Of a stretch of 64,000 nucleotides of DNA, positions 8,726-18,196 are shown piece after piece. The notes under the pieces are model-generated. The model ran no database searches, was not told the origin of the DNA, and saw only the letters and a list, made by a program, of their open reading frames with translations. Position numbers and translations under genes: made by a program. The DNA lies in the IMG/VR virus record IMGVR_UViG_2675903055_000001, positions 26,476 through 90,475 of that record. The stretch is one strand, 5' to 3'. Position 1 is the stretch's first letter, and every line of letters starts with the position of its first letter. This stretch comes from a virus (taxonomy: Duplodnaviria > Caudoviricetes).

Positions 8726-10178
8726 CGGTCACCTCCGGCAGACCTGCGGCCTCCCCCGTCGAGGCCGAACTGTCCTCCCCGCCGCCGAGCCCAGTGAGCC
8801 GATCCAGCAACTGGGCCCCGGCAAAGCGGCGCCGGTCGGCTGCGACACGCTGACGCTGCCCCTCCGACAGGCCCGCCAGCTCCAGCGTCACGTCGGAGTC
8901 GGCCGGCAGAATCCCGGCCTGCACCAACTTGACCGCAGCATCGGTCTGCGCCGCCACGGTCGGTGTCGCTGGGTTCCGCCACACACACTCGATACGCCGC
9001 TCACGGGGCGGCGCCTCCCCATCGCGCACCCACATGGCCAGACGCATCACATCCGCCCACACCGCGCCGAAGCGGCGAATCCGACGCTCGGCCTTCTTCA
9101 CCAGCATCGCCTCGCTGCTGCGGATCGCATCCGCAGAAGCCGGGTTGTCCGAGGTGTAGCCGAGCATGTGCGGCGGTAGCCCCAACTGAGTCGCCATGAT
9201 CCGCGCATACAAGTCGATGATCTTCGTCATGCCAGTCGGGTCATGCGCCGCGAACTGGCCCACAGTCGGAAGGTTTCCCTCCTCGTCCCGCTCCAAGGCC
9301 AGGACCCGACCGATGTACGTCTCCCACGCAGACTTCGCGTTGCCCTCCGCGTCCTGGAACGCAGACTCGGACGCGCCGAGGATGTAGCGCTGCGGAGCAC
9401 CGAAGAACTCCGCCGCCACCTCCATGCCCATCAACCGGCGGCACGCAGCATCCGTGATCGACATGACCTCCGGGGTGATCTCACTACGCCCCACCCGGTC
9501 CGCGGTCCGCTGACGATTCGCCATCCGCAACACCGGAGGCAACCCCAGACCGTGCATGTCCCGGTCGACGACCTCCCAGCCGCCACTGGGCGAAGGCACC
9601 GCATACACCGTCTGCTCAGGCCCGTACAGCACCGTCAACGGCTCATCGCTGCGCGCCGGATCCAACCGATCCACGGTGCACTCCCGCAGCGCCGACGTCA
9701 CCATCCGCAGACGGGCATCCCACTCCACCGTCATATCCAACGGAGACTCGACCGTGATCACAGGCGGGCAATCCCCACCCGGGCCGCACTCACCCGACCC
9801 GACCGCGATGTACTCCCGCCCATAGGTCAGCGCGTCCAAGTGCGCCAGACTCGCCTCGTCGAACAGATCGTTCGCGTCGGCGATCTCCCGCAGACCCTCC
9901 GCGTCCCCGCCGTCAGCCCAGCGGAACGCCTCCAAGTCGAGACGCTGCTCCAGCGCCTCCACACCGATCCGCGGCCATCCGATGACCGTGTGCAGGCCCT
10001 TCAACTGCGGCGGGATGGAGATCCCCAGGTCCCGCACCAGTTGCTCACCGTTGAAGTAGGCGTCCAACAGTTGCAGATGCCACCGTGCCGACAGCAGGTC
10101 CTGCCGGAGAAACTGGATCTGCGCCAGCTCGTCCTCCGACAACGACACCAGCGGAAGCTCAGGGATCGTAGCGGCCAC
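8706..10178 (-). CDS. Portal protein (SPP1 gp6-like)
   Basis: IGWPRIGVEALEQRL, FFGAPQRYILG, SDNPASADAI, WRNPATPT. Confidence 0.95.
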   Translation of the reverse strand: MAATIPELPLVSLSEDELAQIQFLRQDLLSARWHLQLLDAYFNGEQLVRDLGISIPPQLKGLHTVIGWPRIGVEALEQRLDLEAFRWADGGDAEGLREIADANDLFDEASLAHLDALTYGREYIAVGSGECGPGGDCPPVITVESPLDMTVEWDARLRMVTSALRECTVDRLDPARSDEPLTVLYGPEQTVYAVPSPSGGWEVVDRDMHGLGLPPVLRMANRQRTADRVGRSEITPEVMSITDAACRRLMGMEVAAEFFGAPQRYILGASESAFQDAEGNAKSAWETYIGRVLALERDEEGNLPTVGQFAAHDPTGMTKIIDLYARIMATQLGLPPHMLGYTSDNPASADAIRSSEAMLVKKAERRIRRFGAVWADVMRLAMWVRDGEAPPRERRIECVWRNPATPTVAAQTDAAVKLVQAGILPADSDVTLELAGLSEGQRQRVAADRRRFAGAQLLDRLTGLGGGEDSSASTGEAAGLPEVTGGEESF

Positions 10179-10191
10179 AGGTCACCGCCCT

Positions 10192-11931
10192 TCACCTGAG
10201 TACGACGACCCGGCCCTTACCGGCCGACCGCTTCTTGGCCCACGCGGGCGAGTTCATCAACATGCGGCGCAGCATCCGCGCCCCGATCGCACACACCGCG
10301 AGATCGATCTTCCGGGCGGACTCGCGGTGCTCCTTACCGATCGTGTAGCCCCACCTGTTCGTCCGCCGCCGCGCATTCGCGATGTGCTGCCGCAGCACCC
10401 GGTGCCCGTCGTGAGGCACCTGCCGCTCCAGCGCATCCCGGTAGAACCGGTCAACCGCCTCCGTGAACAGCGGCTGATGCTTCGGATCACGCATGTCCCA
10501 CAGCACCGCGTGCTGCCGCGTACCCGAGACCACAGCCTTCAGCTTCAGGCGCTTCCCGTACCGCTGTGCCCACGAGTCGATGTAACCGTCCCAGTACCGC
10601 TCGCCGTCCGCGTCATCGTGGCCGGCTCCCGGGTCGGCGAAGAACGCGAGCGGCCGGTAGCGGGCGAAGGTCTGCTCGACCACGCCGTCGACCTCATCCC
10701 GCGGCACCCGCCACGGCCGATCATCCGGCCAGCCCGGCGGCTTCTGCCACACGCCCAGAGCAGTCACGAAACCGTCCGACACCCGACACGCCACCAACCC
10801 GGTGGCGTCATCGCTCTTCGACCCGTCGAAAAACAAGACGATCTCGTCTCGCTCGGCCAGCTCCACGCCGTCGACCTGGCAGGCATCCCACTCGTAGCGG
10901 GCCATGTACGCGTCGTCCGCGGCGACGATCTGGTTGAACCAGAACCGGCGACTACGCGACGGCGGATTCCGCACATCCAGGATCGACGCCTTCAGCCGGT
11001 CGATGTCCAGCCACACGGAATCCCCACGCACAGCCTTCAGCGTCGGGACGATCCACTCCTCCGTCAGCTTCGCCTCAGCCGGCGCCTCCAACGAGTCGTA
11101 GAACAGACCCGTATCGACCGACCGCCCGGACTCCGCCGACTCGAACGCCTCCCGAGTGCGCTCCGCCACCGAGTCCTCACCCGGCTCGTAAGCGTTCGTG
11201 AGAGCCAGGGTTCGCGACATTCCGTCCGCGCTCTTGGTCGAGTTGCGCTCGATGACCGCAGCCATCTCGTGCCCCTGATTCGAGTCCACCCAGTGGTGCG
11301 TCTCATTCAGCAGGACGAACGTCGGCCGACCGCCCTCCATCGCTCGCGGCGAAGACGTGACCGCCTCAACTCGAGCGCGTCCCTTGTCCGCATAGATGAT
11401 CTCCTTGCCGAGATCGATGCGGTACTCCTCGATCGCCCGCTTGCTGAACATCCCCGGGAAGAGCGTCATCGTCGAGCGCGTCTGGTCCTGCGACACCGCC
11501 GCGATCTGCACCCAGGCCGCCGGATGCTGCATTCCGATCGGCTGCCCCGGCGGGATCCCCCACTCGTCTCCCTCATCCGCCACCTGGCCCGACGGCCGGC
11601 ACGGGCCGACAAACTCGAACCCCGACCACGAAGCCCCCAAGGGATCCTTGCCATGACCCTTGAGGCGTTGGATCACGCCGTCCCGGTACTGGAACCGCAA
11701 CGTCACCGGGTCCAGCGCGTACCACCACAGCGTCAGCCGGGCCTGCTCCGCCGTATACCGCCACGGCGCCCCGACATGGTGCTGGAGGTACGTAGCCGTC
11801 CACGCCAGCGCATGCCAGCCCAGCGTGAACTCCGGCAGCACGAACCGGCCGTCCCGGCCACGCCGCCAAGTCGGCCCGAGCGTGAACGGGGTGACGACCT
11901 CGGGGACGGCTTCAACTTCCGCGTTCATCAC
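10192..11931 (-). CDS. terL: Terminase large subunit
   Basis: Walker A-like RLKGHGKDP, Walker B LLNETHHW, nuclease FFDGSKSDDAT, KIDLAV. Confidence 0.95.
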   Translation of the reverse strand: MMNAEVEAVPEVVTPFTLGPTWRRGRDGRFVLPEFTLGWHALAWTATYLQHHVGAPWRYTAEQARLTLWWYALDPVTLRFQYRDGVIQRLKGHGKDPLGASWSGFEFVGPCRPSGQVADEGDEWGIPPGQPIGMQHPAAWVQIAAVSQDQTRSTMTLFPGMFSKRAIEEYRIDLGKEIIYADKGRARVEAVTSSPRAMEGGRPTFVLLNETHHWVDSNQGHEMAAVIERNSTKSADGMSRTLALTNAYEPGEDSVAERTREAFESAESGRSVDTGLFYDSLEAPAEAKLTEEWIVPTLKAVRGDSVWLDIDRLKASILDVRNPPSRSRRFWFNQIVAADDAYMARYEWDACQVDGVELAERDEIVLFFDGSKSDDATGLVACRVSDGFVTALGVWQKPPGWPDDRPWRVPRDEVDGVVEQTFARYRPLAFFADPGAGHDDADGERYWDGYIDSWAQRYGKRLKLKAVVSGTRQHAVLWDMRDPKHQPLFTEAVDRFYRDALERQVPHDGHRVLRQHIANARRRTNRWGYTIGKEHRESARKIDLAVCAIGARMLRRMLMNSPAWAKKRSAGKGRVVVLR

Positions 11932-12163
11932 GACGAACGAGTGGCGACGGCATCTTCATCTCGTTCCGCCGCAGACACGCCTCGATCTCTTCCCGATCCG
12001 AACGATCGAAGAAGCCCCGGAGGCGCACCACCACGAAGTCCCGCACACCCTCGATCACCCGGGTCGAACTCGCATAACGGCACCGCTGCTGCGGGATGTC
12101 ATGCATGCGGGACCACGCCACCGCCTCGTCGCGACTGCCCGCACACACCACGTAGACCAGCAC
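11912..12163 (-). CDS. Hypothetical protein between terS and terL
   Basis: Fills the gap exactly with overlaps; GTG start after terS stop. Confidence 0.55.
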   Translation of the reverse strand: MLVYVVCAGSRDEAVAWSRMHDIPQQRCRYASSTRVIEGVRDFVVVRLRGFFDRSDREEIEACLRRNEMKMPSPLVRRDERGS

Positions 12164-12164
12164 G

Positions 12165-12602
12165 TCAGCCCCCGATCGCCGCACGGTAGTCCGCGATCGC
12201 CGTCACCCCAGCCGGAGCCTGCTGCACCGCAGGCTTCCGCTCCAACTCGATACGCGCCCGACGACGATCCCCCTCCGTCGACAGCAACCGCGCCATCACA
12301 CTGTCCAGCGCCGCAACGAACTGCCCGTTCGGCGGCCGGTCCGACGACAGACCACGCGACATCAACTCCGCCGCATACCGGGCCACCGCCCAGTCCGACG
12401 GCTGATAGAACACGGCCTGCCCCGACTCCCGCAGCGACAGATACCAGTCCCGCGCAATCGGATGCCACAGCTCATCCGGCTCCGGCAGATCCGGCAGATC
12501 CGTCGGCGGACCCGACGGCGCCTGCACCAGACCGGGCCCCTCGTCCTTGTTCCGGCGGCGGCGCTCCTCGCTCCGCTTCGGAATCGGACCATGTGTGCCC
12601 AT
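12165..12602 (-). CDS. terS: Terminase small subunit
   Basis: GPIPKRSEERRRRNK, WHPIARDWY, TEGDRRRARIELER. Confidence 0.9.
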   Translation of the reverse strand: MGTHGPIPKRSEERRRRNKDEGPGLVQAPSGPPTDLPDLPEPDELWHPIARDWYLSLRESGQAVFYQPSDWAVARYAAELMSRGLSSDRPPNGQFVAALDSVMARLLSTEGDRRRARIELERKPAVQQAPAGVTAIADYRAAIGG

Positions 12603-12690
12603 GACGACCTCCTGGGTCAAGACCACGCGCCACCCAGGGCGCGCAGAGGGCCTGACGTAACGACGCCCCGCGAGGGACGCCGCCAGGGCG

Positions 12691-13329
12691 TCACATCAAC
12701 GAGGCGAGAACACCGGCCGCATCAGGCAGCTCGGCAAGCTCAAGAGGAGTGCCCGGAACCCGGTCACCCACGATCATGTAGCGGCGGTCCGAGTACACCT
12801 CAACCGCCACCTCACCGCGACGAATCCGGCGGCCAGCCGAGACCTGGCCGCGGAACCACAAGTGCAGACCCGTACCAGACCGACCACGCTCCATGTACGT
12901 CGCCGGCAGCCGGTCGATGATGGCCTGCGCCCACGACAGCACCCGGCCCTCCTCGACAGCGTGGTCGAGGTCGACGACGACAATCCCATCGCTGCCCGCC
13001 AGGACGAAGCCGACGCCCTCACCAGCCTGCGCCTGCACCGCAGTCGGAAAGTCCGACCACGACGACGGGTCATCCACTGACGCGAAACGACCATCCACCC
13101 GCAGCGGCACCTTCCGAGACGAGTACCGCACCCACCGCGGGCGCCCCGTCAACTCGGCTGGCACGCGAGCCACCTGCTCCGCCGCCACCCGCTGCTGCTG
13201 TACACGCCGCCGCTCGCGGTATGCGGCCTGCCTGCACCGCGACGAACAGAACCGCGCATCCGCCCGAGCCGTCAAGGGCATCGGCCCCGCGCAGCGCTCG
13301 CACTCGGTGCGGCAGGTCGTCGAGATCAT
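12691..13329 (-). CDS. Stand-alone AEP prim-pol-like domain with N-terminal C4 zinc finger
   Basis: VVVDLDH (DxD), SGTGLHLW (sxH), VEVY; CERC...CSSRC. Confidence 0.75.
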   Translation of the reverse strand: MISTTCRTECERCAGPMPLTARADARFCSSRCRQAAYRERRRVQQQRVAAEQVARVPAELTGRPRWVRYSSRKVPLRVDGRFASVDDPSSWSDFPTAVQAQAGEGVGFVLAGSDGIVVVDLDHAVEEGRVLSWAQAIIDRLPATYMERGRSGTGLHLWFRGQVSAGRRIRRGEVAVEVYSDRRYMIVGDRVPGTPLELAELPDAAGVLASLM

Positions 13330-13499
13330 GACCCAAGCCTAGAGGATGCGCGTTACGGCTGTAGCCCTTTGACCAGCACCGTAACCGTACCGAGACAGAT
13401 CACACGAGCAGGCGTTGACTAGACCTGTCAGCCATCCGTGCAGGTCGGCGGCCTAGGGAACCCGTACAGAGAGTCAGGTGCTATACGGCCCCGATGGCA

Positions 13500-13716
13500 A
13501 TGATCATGGGACCAAGATCATCCCCCCAGATGATCTTGAAACGGATGATCTTGGACCAAGATCAAGGATCAAGGAATCTTCTTGATCAACGATCAAGGTC
13601 AGGCTTGATCCACTTCGTCAGCAAGATCAACCCGCCATCGAAAGCGTCGCTAGCGATCTTCATCGCTTCGCTTTTCGATCTTCTTCAATCGATCTTCGCG
13701 AAAGATCAAAAGATCT
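13500..13716. repeat. AT-enriched cluster of 15 GATC-core repeats (WWGATC / GATCWW); probable packaging (cos/pac) region
   Basis: GATC at 13502, 13516, 13532, 13547, 13560, 13567, 13584, 13591, 13607, 13625, 13655, 13677, 13691, 13704, 13712; intergenic, upstream of terS. Confidence 0.85.
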
Positions 13717-13881
13717 TGTTGCTGCTCAACGCCTTGCTCGCATGCCCAACGCGTCTGCCTCACCCCTATGCCATGCCCTACCGGTGCCCCACCACCGGAG
13801 AGGAGGGGGCCGACGTGGTGGCGCGCCCAGCCTGCCTTGCCCATGCTCTGAGGGTTGCCTTGTGGTTGCGTCAGCTACCTG

Positions 13882-14391
13882 TCAGCTCGCCTTGGGTTGG
13901 ACAGCTCGCCTGGCGTTGAGGTTCCTTCGGGCGGTTCGATAGTTCCGACGCCAGCACTCCCGGCACTGTCGCCGGCCGGACTTGGGCTCGACGTAGTACG
14001 CATCGGATCGAGTCAGGTCGTGGCCGTTCTTGCACCTGCCACCTTGACGAGCGTCGTATCCGCGTTGGATGTTCACGGCCCGTGCGACTGGCTCAAGGTG
14101 TCCAGGGTTGACGCATGCCCGATTGCGGCACAGGTGGTCCAGTTCGGCACCTTCAGGGATGGGGCCACAGTGTTCGGCGTAGAGGACGCGTTGGGCCAAT
14201 CGCGTCCCGTGGATCTGGCGTGAGGTCTTGCCGTAGCCGTTGGAGTAGCGCGCGCCTTGCCACTCCCAGCATCCCGTTGGGGCGACGGCGTAGTGCAGGA
14301 GGTTGTTCAGGTGCGGGTCGCCTGTGGTGCCGGTCGTTCTTGCGCGGCGGTAATGGAGTTCGCACATGCCGTTCCTCAGTCGGCCGGGCAC
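13882..14391 (-). CDS. HNH endonuclease (HNH_3-like)
   Basis: CWEWQG..NGYG, DHLCRNRACVNPGHLEPV, CKNGH; true start may lie slightly upstream. Confidence 0.85.
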   Translation of the reverse strand: MPGRLRNGMCELHYRRARTTGTTGDPHLNNLLHYAVAPTGCWEWQGARYSNGYGKTSRQIHGTRLAQRVLYAEHCGPIPEGAELDHLCRNRACVNPGHLEPVARAVNIQRGYDARQGGRCKNGHDLTRSDAYYVEPKSGRRQCRECWRRNYRTARRNLNARRAVQPKAS

Positions 14392-14479
14392 GCACTCTTC
14401 GTTGCCGATCTGGCAGGGGCGCGTGCGTGTGCCCTGTCCTTGCAGGTCTGTGGCCTGCTGGTCGCCGCAGCGTGGTCGT

Positions 14480-14755
14480 TCAGCGGCGTCGTCGTACTGA
14501 AGTGCGGCCGACGTTGCGGCGGTCGCCAGGCCAGACCCCTGTCATGTCCCGGTGGAGGCGGGCGCAATATCCGGCGGCGCGGCTGCCGAGGTAGCGCCTG
14601 AGGTGGCGGTTGCACCGGGTGAAGTCCGACGGGGTGTTCCAGCGGATCTTGGTGGTCCCGCCCTTGCCGGGGCCCCAGTATTGCTTCAGGGCGGCGGCAT
14701 TGCCGCGGTTGCCGCGTCCGCTGCGGCCTCGGCTTCCCCTGCCTTTGCTGGCCAC
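14480..14755 (-). CDS. Basic hypothetical phage protein
   Basis: GNAAALKQYW..KIRWNTPSDFTRC..GYCARLH..TGVWPG, a pattern recalled from actinophages. Confidence 0.7.
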   Translation of the reverse strand: MASKGRGSRGRSGRGNRGNAAALKQYWGPGKGGTTKIRWNTPSDFTRCNRHLRRYLGSRAAGYCARLHRDMTGVWPGDRRNVGRTSVRRRR

Positions 14756-14760
14756 GTGGA

Positions 14761-14952
14761 TCACTCCTCGGGCTGCTGGTTCTGGTCGATGCGGGTGATG
14801 GTGGCTCCGCTGTGTGCGGGTACGGCGATGCAGGTGCCGTGTGGGTCGGCGAGTACGGCCCAGCCGTGGTCGATGGTGAGGGTGAGGTGGCTGTCCTCGG
14901 CGAGGATGTCCTCGCCCTGCCCCTTCGGGTAGCGGATCAGGAACGCGGGCAT
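14761..14952 (-). CDS. Hypothetical protein
   Basis: 63 aa, operon-like packing. Confidence 0.65.
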   Translation of the reverse strand: MPAFLIRYPKGQGEDILAEDSHLTLTIDHGWAVLADPHGTCIAVPAHSGATITRIDQNQQPEE

Positions 14953-15188
14953 GGCTGGCCCGTCTCGTAGTCGACCTTGTACCAGTCGAGGTTGTGCGTG
15001 CGGGGAAGGTCGGCGCTGCCTGTGGCGGGCCCGTAGACCCTGATGCGTGGGTGCGTGGGGATGTCAGCGAGGGCGGGCAGATCGCGGACACCATTCCGCT
15101 GCCACGTCTGGATGAGAGTCTCTGCCTGGTCGGCGAGTGCGAAGAGCTGGCCCGTGGGGACTGGGATGGCTACGGACAGAATGGCCAT
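14937..15188 (-). CDS. Hypothetical protein
   Basis: 83 aa, operon-like packing. Confidence 0.6.
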   Translation of the reverse strand: MAILSVAIPVPTGQLFALADQAETLIQTWQRNGVRDLPALADIPTHPRIRVYGPATGSADLPRTHNLDWYKVDYETGQPCPRS

Positions 15189-15206
15189 GGCGCGGGCCTC
15201 TCGGCG

Positions 15207-15443
15207 TCAGGTTGCTGGGCAGGCGATGGTGTCGCTCTCGGCGCGGTAGAAGTCGAGGTGCGCGTCCGGGGCAATGCCGAGGATCTCAGCGAGTTGCTGG
15301 ACGCTTCCTGACATCGGCGTGATCGTCGGGGTGAGGGGTCGTGCGAGGTGCACCCGTTTGAGGTGGGCCTGGTGGAGGAGCGCTTGGGTGGCGGCGGCTG
15401 TGGGGTCTTCGCCGTGGGCCACCCGGATCATGGCGGTGAGCAT
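15207..15443 (-). CDS. Hypothetical protein
   Basis: MLTAMIRVAHG..., starts just after HNH stop. Confidence 0.6.
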   Translation of the reverse strand: MLTAMIRVAHGEDPTAAATQALLHQAHLKRVHLARPLTPTITPMSGSVQQLAEILGIAPDAHLDFYRAESDTIACPAT

Positions 15444-15448
15444 CGTCT

Positions 15449-15742
15449 TCACCTGAGTCCGGGGTGTTGTTCGGGTGGGCGCCGTCTGCCGGGCCGCGGG
15501 TTGGCGCGTTGTGCGGCGTTGCCCTCGGCGCTGGACTTGCGGCCGTGGCATTCGGCGCACACGCCCTGCAGTTTCGACGGCTGGTGATCGTCGGTCTTGG
15601 CTTTGATGTGGTCGCAGTGGGAGCTGGGCCGCACGCCGCAGAGGACGCAGATCACGTCCCTGGCGAGAACTTCGGCCCGGATCTTCTTCCAGCCCGGCGG
15701 CAGGCGGTCAACGCGGTCCGAGCCCTGCCAGCCGCCGCTCAT
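15449..15742 (-). CDS. Packaging-associated HNH endonuclease (HK97 gp74-like)
   Basis: WKKIRAEVLARD..CVLC..CDHI..LQGVCAECHGRKS; upstream of terminase. Confidence 0.9.
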   Translation of the reverse strand: MSGGWQGSDRVDRLPPGWKKIRAEVLARDVICVLCGVRPSSHCDHIKAKTDDHQPSKLQGVCAECHGRKSSAEGNAAQRANPRPGRRRPPEQHPGLR

Positions 15743-16137
15743 AGCCACATCACCGCTGAGGCGTTGATGATGAGGTGCATCGTGTTGTCGGCAATGATCA
15801 TCAGCCACACGGCCATCCACGGAGGGCGATCATTGTGGTAACCGGTCCCGGAGCATTCCGACCACGGATGCCGGTAGCTTGCGGGCGCCATCAGGTTCTT
15901 CACCCACACCACGTGCCGGGCGAGTCGGTAGCGGTCTATGACGGCGTGCGTCACGACGATGATGGCGAGCGCGGCGGGTGACTGGGTGACGAGGAGAAAC
16001 GGCAGCCCGTAGGTGAGGGCGTGTGCCCAGGCGGGCCACCAGCGTTTCGTCTTCTCGTTCGCCATCCAGTCGGATTGGATGAGGTAGTCCCCGGTGAGAT
16101 GCGCGAGAAGGATTCCGAATGCCGTCGCGCCGCTCAC
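15739..16137 (-). CDS. DUF3307-like membrane protein
   Basis: LAHLTGDYLIQSDWMA, HAVID, DNTMH. Confidence 0.8.
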   Translation of the reverse strand: MSGATAFGILLAHLTGDYLIQSDWMANEKTKRWWPAWAHALTYGLPFLLVTQSPAALAIIVVTHAVIDRYRLARHVVWVKNLMAPASYRHPWSECSGTGYHNDRPPWMAVWLMIIADNTMHLIINASAVMWL

Positions 16138-16376
16138 GGCTCGTCGTCCTCGTCGGCGAGTGAGTAGCCGCTGTTTTCGACGGCTTGTGCGGCGGTGACC
16201 ATGCCGAGTGCGGTGATCCAGTCGACTGCGTCGGAGCGGCCCTTCACCAGGTGGACGCTGCCGTCGGCTTTGATGACTTTGAGGATGACGATGGCGTCCA
16301 TGGCCATGTCGCCTTCGTCGAGGTCGGCGACGAGGCCGATCGCGTCGAGCATCTGCCCGATGTGCTGCTCAGCCAC
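16134..16376 (-). CDS. Hypothetical protein
   Basis: VAEQHIGQMLDAIG..., stop/start overlaps. Confidence 0.65.
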   Translation of the reverse strand: MAEQHIGQMLDAIGLVADLDEGDMAMDAIVILKVIKADGSVHLVKGRSDAVDWITALGMVTAAQAVENSGYSLADEDDEP

Positions 16377-16506
16377 GGCGGCTCCTGATGTTGGCGTCTC
16401 GCACGTCTTTGAGCTGGCCGAGGAGGCACGTCCACGCCCAGGTCCCGGCCAAGCCGACGCCTGGCAACGCCAGCGCGCCAAGCAGGCTTGGCCACGTCTC
16501 AGCCAC
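16369..16506 (-). CDS. 45-aa single-pass membrane microprotein
   Basis: VAETWPSLLGALALPGVGLAGTWAWTCLLGQLKDVRDANIRSRRG; overlaps both neighbours. Confidence 0.55.
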   Translation of the reverse strand: MAETWPSLLGALALPGVGLAGTWAWTCLLGQLKDVRDANIRSRRG

Positions 16507-17041
16507 GGCGTGACCACCACCAGACGCCGAGCGTGTCGCCACGCATCGACTCGACGCCGCCGCCGAGCTGGGCGAGGACGGTGTCCATGTCGTCGGGGTC
16601 CCACTGGTGGACGTGGGCTTCGTGCGGGTTGCCGTCGACTGTGCCTTGCTGGGAGTCGACGATGGGCACCGAGGCGAGGATGTGCCAGGCGCCGGCGGCC
16701 TCGATGCGCTCCAGCAGTGCGACGGCGTCTTCGCGGGGCATGTGTTCGAGGACGTCGCCGAGGATGACGAGGTCCCGATGGAACAGGTGGCCCGCCGAGT
16801 CGCGCACGTCTTCGGTGTGGATCTCGTCGTACATGGTGCGCGTCTTCGTCGACTTGAGCTTGTACTTGGCCACGTAGGGCTTGTGGATCTCGACTGCGGT
16901 CCACCACACGCCCTTGTGCACGGGCCGGAACAGCTTCGCGTAGGTGCCTTCGCCGGGGCCGACGTCGCACACGGTGTCGGGCAGGTGCTGCTCGAACCTC
17001 GCGAGGGACCAGTCCTTGCCCTCGGCGTCACTCGTCGGCAT
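16499..17041 (-). CDS. Class I SAM-dependent methyltransferase (small-molecule/glycan type)
   Basis: VCDVGPGEG motif I, AVEI, DLVILGDVLEHM. Confidence 0.85.
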   Translation of the reverse strand: MPTSDAEGKDWSLARFEQHLPDTVCDVGPGEGTYAKLFRPVHKGVWWTAVEIHKPYVAKYKLKSTKTRTMYDEIHTEDVRDSAGHLFHRDLVILGDVLEHMPREDAVALLERIEAAGAWHILASVPIVDSQQGTVDGNPHEAHVHQWDPDDMDTVLAQLGGGVESMRGDTLGVWWWSRRG

Positions 17042-17415
17042 CAGGGGCCTCCTGGTTCACCGACCGCACGTTGAATGGGTGCGGGAATCTTGGGTATCTC
17101 GACAGCGCTCTGGATCTTCGCCAGGGTGTCGGTCACTACGTCGGTCCACGCGGTCATATCCCGCCTGAACTGATCGTCGACCAGGTAGTCGGTCACGTCG
17201 TTGGCGGGGATCTCGACCGTTTCCTCGAAGACGAGGACAGCGCGGGCACCGACTCGTTCAGCGAGGCTTTGCCACTGGTCGTTCCTCGGGTCCAGTTCGC
17301 CCTTCATCGCGACGCAATCAAGGGGCAGGTCGTCTACCACGAGCGCGAACGGCGTCTCGTAGGTGCCGTCCGCGTGCTCAACCTCGGGCAGTTCGAGGAT
17401 CTGGAGACGGGCCAT
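17041..17415 (-). CDS. Hypothetical protein
   Basis: 124 aa, TGATG coupling. Confidence 0.7.
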   Translation of the reverse strand: MARLQILELPEVEHADGTYETPFALVVDDLPLDCVAMKGELDPRNDQWQSLAERVGARAVLVFEETVEIPANDVTDYLVDDQFRRDMTAWTDVVTDTLAKIQSAVEIPKIPAPIQRAVGEPGGP

Positions 17416-17627
17416 CAGCCGTCGCCTCGCTTGAGTGCCCCGCGGAGGGTGTCGCCGATCTCTAGGAGGGCCTGCGTGGCGGCGACCAGGGCGTAGACCT
17501 GGGCTTTCGCGGCGCGGGCTTGGATTTCGTGGGCGGAGACGTTGCCTTGCGGCATGGCGTTGAGTTCCTGCGCGGTCTGGTCGAGGGTGCGCTCGGCGAG
17601 TTCGCGGTAGCTGGGCACGCCGGCCAT
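17415..17627 (-). CDS. Hypothetical protein
   Basis: 70 aa, TGATG coupling. Confidence 0.7.
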   Translation of the reverse strand: MAGVPSYRELAERTLDQTAQELNAMPQGNVSAHEIQARAAKAQVYALVAATQALLEIGDTLRGALKRGDG

Positions 17628-17806
17628 CAGCCGGTCACCGGCTCGTTGTGGCGGTGGATGCTGCGGACGTTGTCGACGGGGGCGAAGGCGACGGCCTCGC
17701 TGCCGGTGTAGAAGGTGTAGTCGCGGGCTTCGTCGTCGTACTTCACTCCGTCGGCTTCGACGGTTTCGGTGTCGCCGGTGAGGTAGTTGATCGTGTAGCG
17801 GGCCAT
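17627..17806 (-). CDS. Hypothetical 59-aa protein (not in ORF track)
   Basis: MARYTINYLTGDTETVEADG...; TGATG coupling at both ends. Confidence 0.75.
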   Translation of the reverse strand: MARYTINYLTGDTETVEADGVKYDDEARDYTFYTGSEAVAFAPVDNVRSIHRHNEPVTG

Positions 17807-18180
17807 CAGCCGGTCACCGCCTTGTGCTGGCTGGTGTGGATGGTCTCGGGCTCCTCATCGACGAGCGTGTACGTCTTACCGCCGTCGGTCGACATGCTGC
17901 GCGAGTCGCGGACGTTCTGCCAGAACGGCACGCCGCCCATCTCCTGCGCCCGGTCGATCCATTCGGCGGGGTCGTCGGTGAGCGGGCTGAGCGGCTGGAA
18001 GCGGAGCAGCTTTTCCAGGACCAGCGCGGAGTGCTCGGCGGAGAAGCCGCTGTGGCCCATGGCGGCGAAGGCTTCGATGACCTTGCAGAGGCCGTTCGTG
18101 AGCCATTCGTCTTCGCCGATGAGGGCGAGTTCGCGGCGGGCGTGGGTGACCAGCGGGCTTTCAGTGGCGGTGTGGGCCAT
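17806..18180 (-). CDS. Conserved hypothetical phage protein
   Basis: HARREL, GHSGFSA, PLSPLTDDPAEW, WQNVRDSRSMSTDGGKTY. Confidence 0.75.
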   Translation of the reverse strand: MAHTATESPLVTHARRELALIGEDEWLTNGLCKVIEAFAAMGHSGFSAEHSALVLEKLLRFQPLSPLTDDPAEWIDRAQEMGGVPFWQNVRDSRSMSTDGGKTYTLVDEEPETIHTSQHKAVTG

Positions 18181-18196
18181 GGCGCGGGCTCCTGTG

